Source of the DNA: Saprolegnia diclina VS20
Taxonomy: Eukaryota
NCBI RefSeq assembly: GCF_000281045.1
Contig: NW_008246103.1
Span: forward strand, 274,582 to 300,578
Direction: 5' to 3'
Length of the DNA stretch: 25,997 nucleotides
A program made the position numbers and the translations under genes. Position 1 is the stretch's first letter; each line of letters starts with the position of its first letter. The notes under the pieces are model-generated. The model made no database searches. It had not been told where the DNA came from and was given only the letters and a program-made list of their open reading frames with translations. This document shows, piece after piece, positions 1 to 11,372 of this stretch.

Positions 1-3000
1 TGTACTCGTAGATGGCCGAGATCCACACAACCATGGTGCTTGCGGCCACACTTTGCTTGACGACTTCGTCTTTGGTGAAGCTCGGGTCGTCCATGAACGG
101 CGACAACTTGTCCAAAATCGCATCCGACACCGTGTCCTACACCTGCTTTCCATACACATTATCGACATGAGCCCGTCGTACTTTGTTGTAGCCAATGAGC
201 GTCGAGACAAAGTTGACGTCGCTCAAAAGTCGCCGGGCATTCTCCCAGCTCGGGTCGACGTCAAAGAGGACACACACAGCGTTCAACACGAGGTGCACCA
301 GCAGCGGCGGATGAATGAACGACTTGATCTCGGTGATATAGCGCTTGTCCAAGGACGCAACCGCCACGTTCGCATCGTCCAGCGTCCGGAGGGCGTCCTT
401 GAGATCGGTCTGCGTCGCGTGGTCCATCTCATTCGTGGCTGCGACATGCGCATCAACGTCCAATTTTTGCTCCCGCATACGATGGCGCAACTACAAAGCA
501 CAGTGCGTCTCTTAGCTCCAACGTGTCGGCTACGAACATACTTGATCCGCGCTCAGTTGGTGCGTGGAGAGCACCGTCTTTTTCGCAGCGATGCCGGCGA
601 CCGTCGTCTCCATCGTGGCGACCAGTGTCGCTTCGGTTGCCTGGGCGTGGTCCACCTGCAGCGTCATATACGTACACAATTGTCAGTGGAGCGGATCGCA
701 CCTCGGCACGGAGCTTGGCGACAAGCTCGAGGTACGCTTTGGGTCGCACCACATGGGCATCCACGTCGGCCGAGAGGCGCTCGAGCGAAGCAAATACCTG
801 ATGGGCAAAGAGGGCGATGCTTTGTAAAGCCATACCGCCCGTAGTGATTGCCGAGGCGGAGATGTAGCACATGGCGCCGATCGCGGCCAAGACCTCAACG
901 TCCTTCTCGACGAGAAGGACGCGCGACTGATGGCGTTGCCACGCCCGAACCACGTGGCCGCGGCAGATCGCATGGACCGACGGGTGGGGCATCGCCGACG
1001 CCGTGGCAATGGGCACTGCGGTCGCGAGCTTGGGCGCGCGCTGCACGAGACGCCGAAGGTCCTCGGGTGTCACGACGACAACGACGCGGAGGTTGCGCTG
1101 CGCCGCACGCAAAATGTCCGCCCAGATCCCCGCCAAGACACCGTTGGCTTTGGTGATGGGCAAGACCGATGCGAGGTTGACATCGACGTTGGCTTCAAAC
1201 TGCCGCAGCAAGTCGTCCGTCTCGCCGTGCTGTACGTTGAGAAGCGCGTCGTGTTGCTTTTGCAGCTTTGGCTCGAGCGACGCTTCCGGTTTGTCGCCAA
1301 TGAGACTGGTGAGCTGCTCGGCGTGCTGGTGCGTCAAGTGTGCGAGCTTGTCGTCGCGCACCTGCCGCGCCATCTATGTACAATAGTGCCATCAATGGAC
1401 GAGACGCAGGCTGTGCGTACGGCGTCTTGGTCGTCGGCAGAAAAGAGCAATGGCACTTCGCGGCCCAAAAGCAGCTGCACGAGATCGTCGAGTGAGCGCT
1501 CGGACATGTGCACGCTGTGTTCTACAACGAGCGTCACGTCGCATTGCTCGACGCCGGCGCAGCGCACGCCGCACTTCAGCAGGTGCCGCCAGCTCTCGTC
1601 GCCTCCCTACGCCCCAGTCGAGGTGGACTGCAAGCAAGATCGCAGCACGTGCCGTGTAGTGCAACATTCGATGCCCTAGGAGGTGGGCCGCCGATGCCAC
1701 GAGTGATGACTTGCCGCAGCCAATCTCGCCCACATAGAGGCACTGACGTCCTTGGGCGCCAAGAAGTCGACAAAGGCGCAAGAGTGGCAGTACCTAAGAC
1801 AGGATGAGAGCGCGATCGATGTCGATAGAATCACCGCACCGCGGACGGGGTGAGGACGTAGGACGGCGGGGTGTGCGGCGCCAAGGCCGCTTGAAGACGG
1901 CCAATGTCGGCTTCAACCGCGTCGCTGCCCGTGGCAAGCTCTCCGTAGACATGCGTATCGCGAGGCTCCATGGGCGGTGGCAGTGACACGGGCGACGTCG
2001 ACACGAGTGATTTGGAGCTCTGACGACGGGCCATCGCGCGGGCTGCGGCGTGGACGTCGGCGGGCTCTTTGGCACCCGGCAGCAATCCGTGCGGGGTGTA
2101 CGTCCAGATCGCGTCGTTGGGCAACGTTGTCGTGCTGGTCCGGTCGCGGAGCAAGCTCAGACTCTTGTCGATTTCACTGGCCACGGTCGTCGTTAGCGGC
2201 GACGCATCGTAGAACACACGTTGTGCTTCGTGGCACCACAGTCGCACGAGACTCGCAATGTCCACCATCGTGTTTGGTATCGGCGTCACAAGGTGCTGCA
2301 GAAAGCTCAAGAGGTGCTGAAGGCGAAAGTGGGGTGTCTTGGCCTGGAGATTGACAAACAAGTCGATCGAAACAGCCAGGACGACGCCGACTTGTTGTCG
2401 AATCGACACGTGGTAGCGCACGTCCGGTCGCTCAAAGTGCGCTGCAAAGAGTGGCTGCACCAGCTACACCGAATATGAATTGTCGACATTGGACACTGGA
2501 CAATGTTGTATCGACCTGATACACATCGGTGGGCGTCATGGTGTCCAGTACCAGCGGGAAGAACCGACTGAGCAGTCGCGCCACCGGCAACGTCATGTCG
2601 GTCAACGTCGAGGTGACACTGAGCGGCGCAGTCGCAAGCAATAGTGTGTGCTCGATCGTATGGGGCTCGACGGCAGAGCCCAAGTAGACGTGGTGGCAGT
2701 CGAGAGTGGACCGAAGCGTTGCGTGCGGCGACGGATACTACACGGATTCTTATCGTATTTTGACAAAGTCAAACAATGGACATCACCTTGGACGTCGGCA
2801 AGTGCAGATCGTCGAGAAAGAGCAACATGGTTTTGCCCGGCGGTGGTTCGAGCACCGCGCGCCGCTCCCGTTGCAAGCACCGTTCGAGGTACGCTTCGAT
2901 CGTGGCCGACGACGTGGCGGACGAGAGAGCAAAGCACGTAGCAACGACGTTGCCAGCGTCCAGTGCTGTCGTCGTCGCGTCCGACGATGCATTGCGCGAC

Positions 3001-6000
3001 AGCATGAACGTCGAGTCTCTTCGCCCCGGATCACCTTTTGCGATTTGGAGCCGGCGCTTCATGCGCCCGGCCATGGACGACACGAGCAGCGTCGTGCTCA
3101 TGCGCATGTTGGCCAGCCGGGTCTTGTCTTCGGTCACCGGTCCGAGCGGCGTGTCAAGCAGCGAGAGGCCGCGGGCGGAGAACGCCGAGAGGCGCTGAAG
3201 CAGATCCACGACACACGACGACGTGCCTGCGTCCGGCGCGCCGCTCACGAGCACCGGGGCGCCGCCGCGGAGTGCGTGCTTGGCGGCCACGTGCACCAAG
3301 GTGCTCGCGGCCCGGGGCATGTAAACCGCAAAGAGCGGTGTATCGAGGAGCGCATTTGGAGCCAAGAGGTGGTCTTTGCACTTTCGAAAGCGCTGTGATG
3401 GCAGATCGAGGAGACAGTCGTAGAGGCTACTGTTGGCCCCGTTGGCTTGCCATGCCTCGTCCAAGTGCTTGAAGTGGTGCTCCAAAACCGAGCTCAGCAT
3501 GCGCTTGGTATGGGCATCCAAGCCGCCACCGAGGCCCCACAGCAGACTCCAGAGCACCACGAGCTCGACTTTGGTTGCGTATGCTAACATCGCATCGCCC
3601 GACGCTTGAAAGATGGCGTCGAACGGTAGCGCCGCCTGGTTGGTGAGCATAGCTTGCAGCAAGGCGAGGACGTTCTGTACCGCGTGCACAGGGCCCATGG
3701 GATACGCGAGAGTACCTTGTCCTTGGCACTCGAGAACCCGATCGACGAACGCTATGTCGCAGAGGTACTTGGCACACGTCTCGGCGATGATATATGGCAC
3801 CCCGGGGCGCGCGTTGAGCCCCCGAACGAACCCTTGGAACAAATGATGGTGGAGCGCATCGTCGTGAAGGTGCACGAGACCAACGTTGGCGATCAAGCTT
3901 GGCGACGCGTTTTCGAGGGCGACAGCTTCGAGGAGTAGCGAGACGTGGGGCTCGCACGTAACCACCCCTTTGGTTGCTTGCGGGAACTGGTGCAGCCCGA
4001 GGTGTCCGGCACTGCTGTACGACGCCATGCCAAGAAGCGACTCGATCCACGGGCCATCGAGTGCCCCGTCCAAGCACACCCAGATGCGCTGTCGGTAGGT
4101 CAAGAGCTCTTGTACGAACGGGGGCAGTGCTTCGTTCTGGATCGTGATGGGCCCATCGTCGGGCGGCGCGACAAAGTGGCAGCTCGAAATGTCGGCCGGT
4201 TCGTGCAAGAGCATCTTCAAGATCGATGTCTCAGCGTCGCCGCTCGTCCCAAACAGCCGATCGAGCGAGAGCGCCTACAAATATTACGATTCCAGATCCA
4301 CCTTCGTATCATGCAACGCGATACCGCTGGCAAGAGGCGCTTGATGCGAACAAAGCGGGTATCGTGGGGCTTGACGAGCCCCCAGCTGGCCATCGTCGGG
4401 TAGACCTCGTGCACAATTGGCTGCAGACAGTTGAGCGCATTGGCCACTACATGCATCGTCGTTGTCTTGCCGGTTTTCGGCGCCCCGGTCACGACGACCG
4501 TGCGAAACATAGCGACCGCCGTCGCGGCCCGGGTCGCCGTCGCCTGCACGCTTGGCGTCAGCACGACTTGGTGTTTCTCGTACGCTTGGTGCAAGCACGA
4601 TGCAAAGAGGTCGGGGACACTCGCATTCGCGGTGGTCAATGGCTCGACCGCCACCAGCCGGGGCGGCGGCGACATGAACCACAGCGCCTTGACGAACGCT
4701 ATCATGTGGGCGTGCACGTCGGGCGCCGTCGGGAGCACGTGCTCGTTGAGATAGGCGAGTAGCGTTGTCTGCAAGCCGTGGGCTTCCTCGAGTGTTGCGT
4801 TACTCTGTCGCTGCAGCGCCAACGGTCGCAGGGCCTGCAGCGCAGATGCAAGCGTGGCGACATGTCGGAGCCCAGGCGCCTCGCGCGCTATCACGGCTTG
4901 GAGCTCGCGCCATACGCTCGCAAGCTTCCGGGCGGCGTCGGCGACGTCGTCAAAGCCATGGCTGTACAAGAGCGCATGCATGGCCACTTGTATCTCAAGC
5001 GGGATGATGGGCAACGAGATTGTGCGCTCGAGGAGCGCTGCGAAAGCAGGTCGATGCGCGGCCGATGCGAGGCACGATGACGTCATCACGACGCTTGCAC
5101 CGATACCAAAGTGCACCTCGCGGTCGTCGAGCGTGATAACGTGGCGCTTGGCCATGGCATGGTTCTACACGTGGTATGTCATGTCACGGGTATGTCATGC
5201 TGACATATCACGCACCGAAATGGTGGAAATGAGCTGCGCAAGGTACTGTAGTAGCGAGCTTGAGAGAACGTTGACGTGCCGCAAGAGCAAGGTGCCCGAG
5301 AGTAGAAGACTCCCCGTCAGCAATTGTTCCAGCTGCAAAGGGCGCATCAGTGGCGTGCAAACAGTTTGCAACAGCTCGCGCCCGACGGCCCGCGACACCA
5401 TGTGCACCAGCGTCGTCTTGCCCGACGTCTTCGGTCCCGAGATAAGCGTTGACTAGACTCAGTTGTCCGACCTTGTCCTATGAAAGAATGCCGCGTACCT
5501 GGAACGACCGCAGCGTCGCAAAGAGCGAGAGGTGGCAGCGCGCCGTGAGCGGCGACAGTACAAGGGTGCTGCGCGTCGGGTTGTAGTACGTGTACCCGTA
5601 CGGCACGCGGACATCGTAGAGCTCGACAAACACGTCACCCGAGTCTTCCTGCACCGAATAGCGCAAATGGTCTTGGCCGTTGGACGCACTGAGACCCGCC
5701 ATGACATCGCGGTAGTATAAGTGTTGCAAGAGCAGCGTGGCCGCCATGACGCTGGCGTGCTGTGAGACTACCGAGAGGCTTTGCACCATCTTCGATATGC
5801 GGCTTCCGTGGGCAGCCGACATGGCGGTCAACGTCGACGTTGTCGCGTGCGAGAGCGCGGCGGCCATGTGATGGCACACGACAACGTCTTGGGCGACGAG
5901 AAGACACTGGAGGGCGGTATCTTGCAACATTTCAAACTCGAGTGGCTGGTCGAGAGTAGTGAGCCAGAACGGTACAGCGTCCCGGATCATCTTTTGCATG

Positions 6001-9000
6001 CGCTCGTGGAGGCGGCGGTGCACGGCCGCGACCCACTGCTCGACGTACCCTCTGGCTTTGAGATTCTTGCCGAGGACAATGACTTCGGGGTATGGAAGCC
6101 GCGGGGCATGCGCGGCGACAACGTCTTGACTCTTGTCATCGGCGCCAAACTCAAGGTACCCAATGCACGGGAAGACGCAGTGCAGATACTTTTGAATATG
6201 GCGCGGGTCCCGGCATTGCGAAATGAGCTCGGCGAGTTCGGCGTCCGAGAGCACGTAAAAGCGCGGAAAGTTCTGCCGCTTGACCGCGAGGTACCCTTCG
6301 AGGAGCTTGTAGATCGAGCCAAACCCGTGGTTGAGCGCCGCGAGCTGCTCTTTGACGCCGGTCGCCCGCGCGGTTCGGAGCAGCGACGGATTTCGGCTGA
6401 TCTTGTCGACTAAGGCCTTCCACGTCTTCTCCAGTTGACTGTATGTCATGGCTTGCTCGGGCACCGCGCGCATGAATTCGGACGAGAGAAACACCTAATG
6501 TTGATACATTGATACGTTTGGGTGTTGAAACTAATAAAGAAAAATATACCTCCATATGGTCCCAGTACCGATGGCACTCTTCGAGACGCAGCATGAGATC
6601 ATTCATGGTGGCCACCTCGTCGCGCCACTTGAGCGCAAGCGCCTGAATCGGCCGAATGTACGACGAACCCAATATCGTTTGCAGGAGCACCTAGTCCCAT
6701 AGTCATTTCCAATGTTGATATATTGCAATGGTACGTCGGACTCTTCGAGCATCGCGAGGACGTCGGATGTGTTACCGAGCACGAGGATCTCACGCGTGTC
6801 GTGGTCGACGAGCCGCGGCAGAAACGGAATGTCCTTGGTCTCCCAGACTTTGATGGCTTCGTTCAGACTCTTGCCGATCGCAGCTTCGGTCACGGCCTCC
6901 TGGACCACCTCATGAATCGCGTCCTTGGCGGACTCGACCTTGAGCGACATCAAGTACGACAGCGAGATTTCCGAATGGCGGTACGCGGACGCCGTCGAGG
7001 TCGTTGCAAACGTGTCGACTTCGTACTCGAAGTGAACGCCGAGCTTGTTTTCGAGGCGTTGCCAATGCCGCTCTTCGAGATGCTCGCTGCAGAGATCGTG
7101 GACGATCGGGGCGACGTGCGCCAGCGACGAGTGGAGCTCGCTGAGCCGCCGCGTCACGGGCAAATGCGCGTACTTGTCCACCATCCGTTCGAGAATGTCG
7201 GTGAGCTGCTCCAATAGCAGATTCATTTCGCTCATGGGGAGGTCCTGGAGCGCGCTTGGGCCCCAGCGCGCGAGCGTCTCTTCCGTCTCTGCAATCAGCG
7301 CCCACACATCCTACAGACAGAGTTTGGAAATGCTGCATCGATCGTCGTCGTCGTACGTGTTTGAGAGAAATGTCGTGCAGCAAGGGCGGCAGCGACGGGA
7401 AGAGCGCATTCGCTGGCAGCACGTTGTGCAAGAGCGAGTTGAAGAGACCGCGAATGTACACGAGACGCTTCGCCTTGAGCTCGTGGTCCCGCGCCGCTTC
7501 CTGAATGTGCGTTGCAAACGCAAGGGCCTTCTCCGCGTCCATGGCCGCGTCGCACACTTGGTCCGCGCTCGCTTCGGATGCCAAATACTCAATGTTGGCG
7601 TCCAACTAGCAATGTATCGAGTGGAAACCTTGATACAAAACCATATATATACGCAACGTACGTGCTCCACGGTCTGCGTAAGAAGGCCTGCGTACTCGCG
7701 AATGTCCGTGTCGCGCCGCGCAAGGCACGTTGTCGCGTTGGCCTTGAGTGTCGAGAGCTCCGGGCCACAGAGATCGTATGCGGCTTGCGTATGGTCGGGC
7801 ACGGCAAAGCCGGCGATGCGCAACACTTCAAAGTACGATGTAATCTGTGCCGCTTCGTGGTCTTTGGTCAAAAGCTCTTCGTTGACCTCCTACAAACAGC
7901 CATGGTTGTCCTTCTTATGCAACAAGATAACCAAGTACTTGGAGGTTCACAAGGTACGTCACGAATGCGTCCAGTGTCTTGGTCGCGGGCCGCTGGATCT
8001 TGGTGGATGCTGTTTCAATGTACGAGAGCAGCTCCTTGCAGTTGGCTTCCGCCAAAATGGGTAGGACGCGTGCGTATTCTTCTAGGCACCGCGACGGCGA
8101 TGGCACGAGCTGCGCCTTGAGGCCCAGCGTGTGCACGCGAATGAGCTACCGCGGCTTGGTTGCCATCACATTGAAGGAATGGACGACATACCTGCACGTC
8201 TTGAAGCTTGACAAGGTCGTCGAGCTTGGCTTGCTACATCGCCCGTGTTAGGCTTCCCGATAAAACATCTGAGTGAAGAGAAGGTACATCGTGCTGGAAG
8301 CGCTCAATATCGGCTTGCATGAGTGCGAGCGGGTACTTGCCATGACGGTGCTGCGATGCGACAAGGTCAAAGTCGATGCCATTGTTGACGACGTGCGACA
8401 TCCGCAGCTTTTCAAAGCACTTGGCGTATGCGTTTGCCGCGCAAATGGCGTCCTTGAGAATCTCGTCGATCTGCGACGCGACCAAGACGAACGCCACGTC
8501 TTGGCTCGCGCGTTCGTGGAGAAGCGACGGCACGCGCGTCACTTCCATTTCGTCCAATGGCATCGCTCCGACGTCGGTCGACCGCACTTGGTACGCAAAC
8601 GTGAGATACGGCAGTAGCACAGGGCACTGCACGAGCCGCGTTACGTAGGCGCACACGTCAAAGAAGCCGTTGAGCGTCGCGGATACGCTTTGTCCGAGCT
8701 CGCATAACGGCGGTGTAAAAGCAAGCTTCTCGTCGCCATCGAGGCTCAAGGCCACTTCAAACAGCGGCTCGGGGCGGAACATGTCGACCTAAGATCATCG
8801 TACCGCGTTAGATCGACTTGGCCCAAGCCATTTCATGCAGAAACTGCAAAAATTGCTGCAAAATGCAGAAAAAGTGCAGGAAATTGCACACGAAAGCGCA
8901 CCTTTTGTGTGGTTTCAAAGACGCTCATCGAGTCGGGATCGATGGCGAGCATGCGTTCTTGGTCGAGCAAGATATCGAGGCCATGCGAAAACTCATCGAG

Positions 9001-11372
9001 GCTAATGTCGCCGTCGCCGTTGCTGTCAAAGACAGCGATGAACGCCGCCACACGATGCTCGAGGGCGTCGCCTTGCAGCTTGCCGTCAAACACAAACTGC
9101 AAGAGGCGTGTGAGCTGCGCCGTGTTCATCGATTCGGTGCCAAACGTGTCAAAGCGACGGTACGCCTTGATATACGCCTCTTTCGAGAGCAAAAGCGACG
9201 GGCCTTTGGCGCCCGATCCCGTTGAAAGCACCGTCACTAGGTGGTGGGCACTGCGCACGACCATTTCTTGGTACAGGTCGAGCAACATAAAGTCCACGCG
9301 GGTGATAAAATGCGCAAGCTCGAGGCAGCGCGCGCGCTTCACGGCCGCTATCGACCATTTGACCTGGTCGACCGCTGGCGCATGCGTGCGCTTGGCTTCG
9401 CTGACTTGGTAGCGGAACCGGTTCCGTTGCAGCTCGGCGCGGATCGCGTTCATATCAACGTCGGTGGTGGTGCCCGAGACGAGCGACTGGAGTCGGTGGC
9501 GGCGCTGCTTGGGCGGGGAGCCATGGTCATGTTTGGGTAGAGAGAGGTGGTCTTGTTGCGCGAGCGGGAAGAGGTGGTCTTGTTGCTTGGGCGGCGAGTG
9601 GTGACCCGACGTGCGTCGGAGCTGGTCGACGTGGAAGACAGTGCTCTTTCGAGACGTAAAGCACGTCTCGGCGTGCGTGATGACCGACTCGGTGGTGGAA
9701 TATTGCGCCAAATATTCGCGCGCAATCGTTGCGAGGAGATCGCGAAGGCCATTTGCGAGGTCGGTCACACGGCTCGCCGTCTCCACCACGCGGAGCCGCT
9801 ATCAAACACGCACACAATATTGTCCTGCACATTGCGACAATATGGGATAGCGTACGTGGGCGTGGACAAAGGCTGCCGGGGCACGTACACCGGTGTTGAT
9901 CGGTTCAAAGAGCGTCAGGTCCGTGAATGGCAAGAGTTTGTTGCGAATGTGCACCATGGTCGCATGCAAGACCGGGTTACAAAAGTAGAGTTTGTCGGCA
10001 ATGGCGTCTTGGGCAGCAGCGAACTTGTGCTGGCGGTAGTAGCGCTTCCAGCACACCAGTGCCTTGAGCCCGCGGTACCTAGTCACGGCCGGTGTAGCCG
10101 ATCGATTGGTGATATACAAAAAGAATCACTTTTGAAAAAGGGCTATGTTGGCGACCGCTGCAAACACATGGCACTCGCGGTCCCACTCGGCTTTGGACTG
10201 GTACTCGACGGTCGCGTTCGCCTTGCAGTAGAAGAGCAGACCCGTGTCATGAACGACGTAGAAGTCACACTTGATGTGAGTGTCGATGATGCGGTCGTCG
10301 CTCGTAAACTGCAGCGGCTCGGGCGTCGTCATGTGCGCGTGGTTGGCGTACACAGTGTGCTAGTGTCCAAGACATATATCAATGCAACGTCAACGATGCG
10401 GGTCGTACAAAGGGCACAGGCACGAGCGTGTACGGGTCGTAGCGCGCGAACGGCTGGAGCTGGTGCGCCGGCACCGCGTAGTAAAACGTGTCGCTTTTTT
10501 TCTGGGACGGTGCCTCCAAGTAGGCGCGAAGCTGCTCTCGCGGTGTGTGCTTGGGTGCGATACGCGACCGCATTCTCTCGTGGAGTGTTGCGTCGTCGTC
10601 ATCATTGCCTTCGGGAGTCGCGACGGTAGCATCGGGGCGAAGGTCGAGCTTTGCCGTCATGCCAATGACCACCGCTGCCATCTTGAAGCGCTTGTTGGAG
10701 CCGCCAACATCGTGCAGCTGCAACGGCGGCTGGCGCGCCGCGGGGGGTCGTGGCGCCAGCTTGGCATCGTCGTCGTGGTTGTTGTTGTTGTCGCGTTCTG
10801 TGCGATCGCTCGTAGTGCCAAGTGTATCGTCTGGGCTTGTCTGCAACAGCTTGCGCTGGGCCGTACTGCTCTTTGGCCGCAGCAGGTCTACACCACGCAA
10901 GACAAACCATGCGTCGGTCACTAAGAAGGAAAAAGGGTGTCTACTTCGAGGATTGGCTTGCTGTTGCGGGCGTGTGGGTGCCGCCGAGGCAGCGCGCGCC
11001 GGTCGCATCGCCAGTGGTGGTGACTACACCACATGCATTACTCGGCGTGATCATAAAATGTCGTGTTGCGCACCGCCGTCGCCGGGTCGGCGCGCGGCGA
11101 CAAGACCAGTCGCTGCTGCATGGCCGCCTGCACCTATGTATATTACATCGCGTTGGTGTTAACGAGGCGAGACGCACCGGCGTCGCGACCACGTGGAGCA
11201 TGGTTGGTCCGGCCGACGCTGGTCGGTGCGATACGTCGGGGCGCCGACGCGCACCAGCAAACGACGTTGGTAGCTCGCCGCGCAAGAGCACGAGCTCTGT
11301 CGGCGTGTGCATCGTATGGCGGCCCATCTCGGCGCGCGGGCTCGCGCTACGTCCGTCCTTTGGCCGTCGCAT
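1..11372 (-). CDS. Divergent axonemal dynein heavy chain, inner-arm DNAH6/DNAH14-like tail (3' end lies beyond the left edge of the window)
   Basis: Manual splicing gives one open frame (10072 coding nt, about 3357 codons). Introns: 11134-11177, 11024-11073, 10888-10944, 10360-10408, 10079-10129, 9799-9855, 8789-8901, 8234-8287, 8146-8191, 7890-7938, 7606-7661, 7311-7356, 6691-6734, 6495-6549, 5453-5498, 5165-5215, 4275-4324, 2738-2786, 2464-2515, 1794-1839, 1607-1652 (GC-AG), 1374-1420, 656-701, 491-541, 137-181. Motifs in order: tail YDPYTL, EWDREC, WKRYYR..KLYFCNPVL (DNAH6-like); linker LEERHW and YLAVKRQNFPRFYVLSDAEL; YGYTY..LVLSPLTARC; P-loops GPKTSGKT, GAPKTGKT, GAPDAGTS, GEIGCGKS; AAA2 WVCLDGALDGPWIE; AAA3 LLFLDDLHLP; MTBD EIKSFIHPPLLVHLVLNAVCVLF..SWENARRLL. 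The start codon (11372 versus nearby downstream ATGs) is less certain. Confidence 0.93.
8836..8890. repeat. Degenerate TGCA+A-tract micro-repeat inside the 113-nt dynein intron
   Basis: TGCA at 8836, 8845, 8857, 8864, 8875 and 8885, mostly followed by A-runs. Confidence 0.55.
8977..9180 (-). other. EF-hand pair inserted in the dynein heavy chain tail
   Basis: Canonical loop DSNGDGDISLDEF (8989-9027) preceded by FIAVF. A degenerate partner loop, DTFGTESMNTAQL (9112-9150), is preceded by AYRRF. Both lie within exon 8902-9798 of the dynein. Confidence 0.85.
9505..9602 (-). repeat. Short imperfect coding tandem repeat (about 27-nt unit) in the dynein tail
   Basis: gaggtggtcttgttgc occurs at 9544-9559 and 9571-9586. 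The peptide is HSPPKQQDHLFPLAQQDHLSLPKHDHGSPPKQ. Confidence 0.7.

Noticed and set aside
53..10924. Many long plus-strand ORFs (e.g. 53-844, 7045-8064, 9547-10629) opposite the dynein
   Set aside because: They are antisense shadows caused by GC-rich codon bias. They have no recognisable motifs, and the minus strand is fully explained by the dynein.
1..11372. Reading the fragmented dynein ORFs as a pseudogene or several separate genes
   Set aside because: Every break is bridged by a short intron with consensus ends, and the joined frame is open with domains in the correct order.
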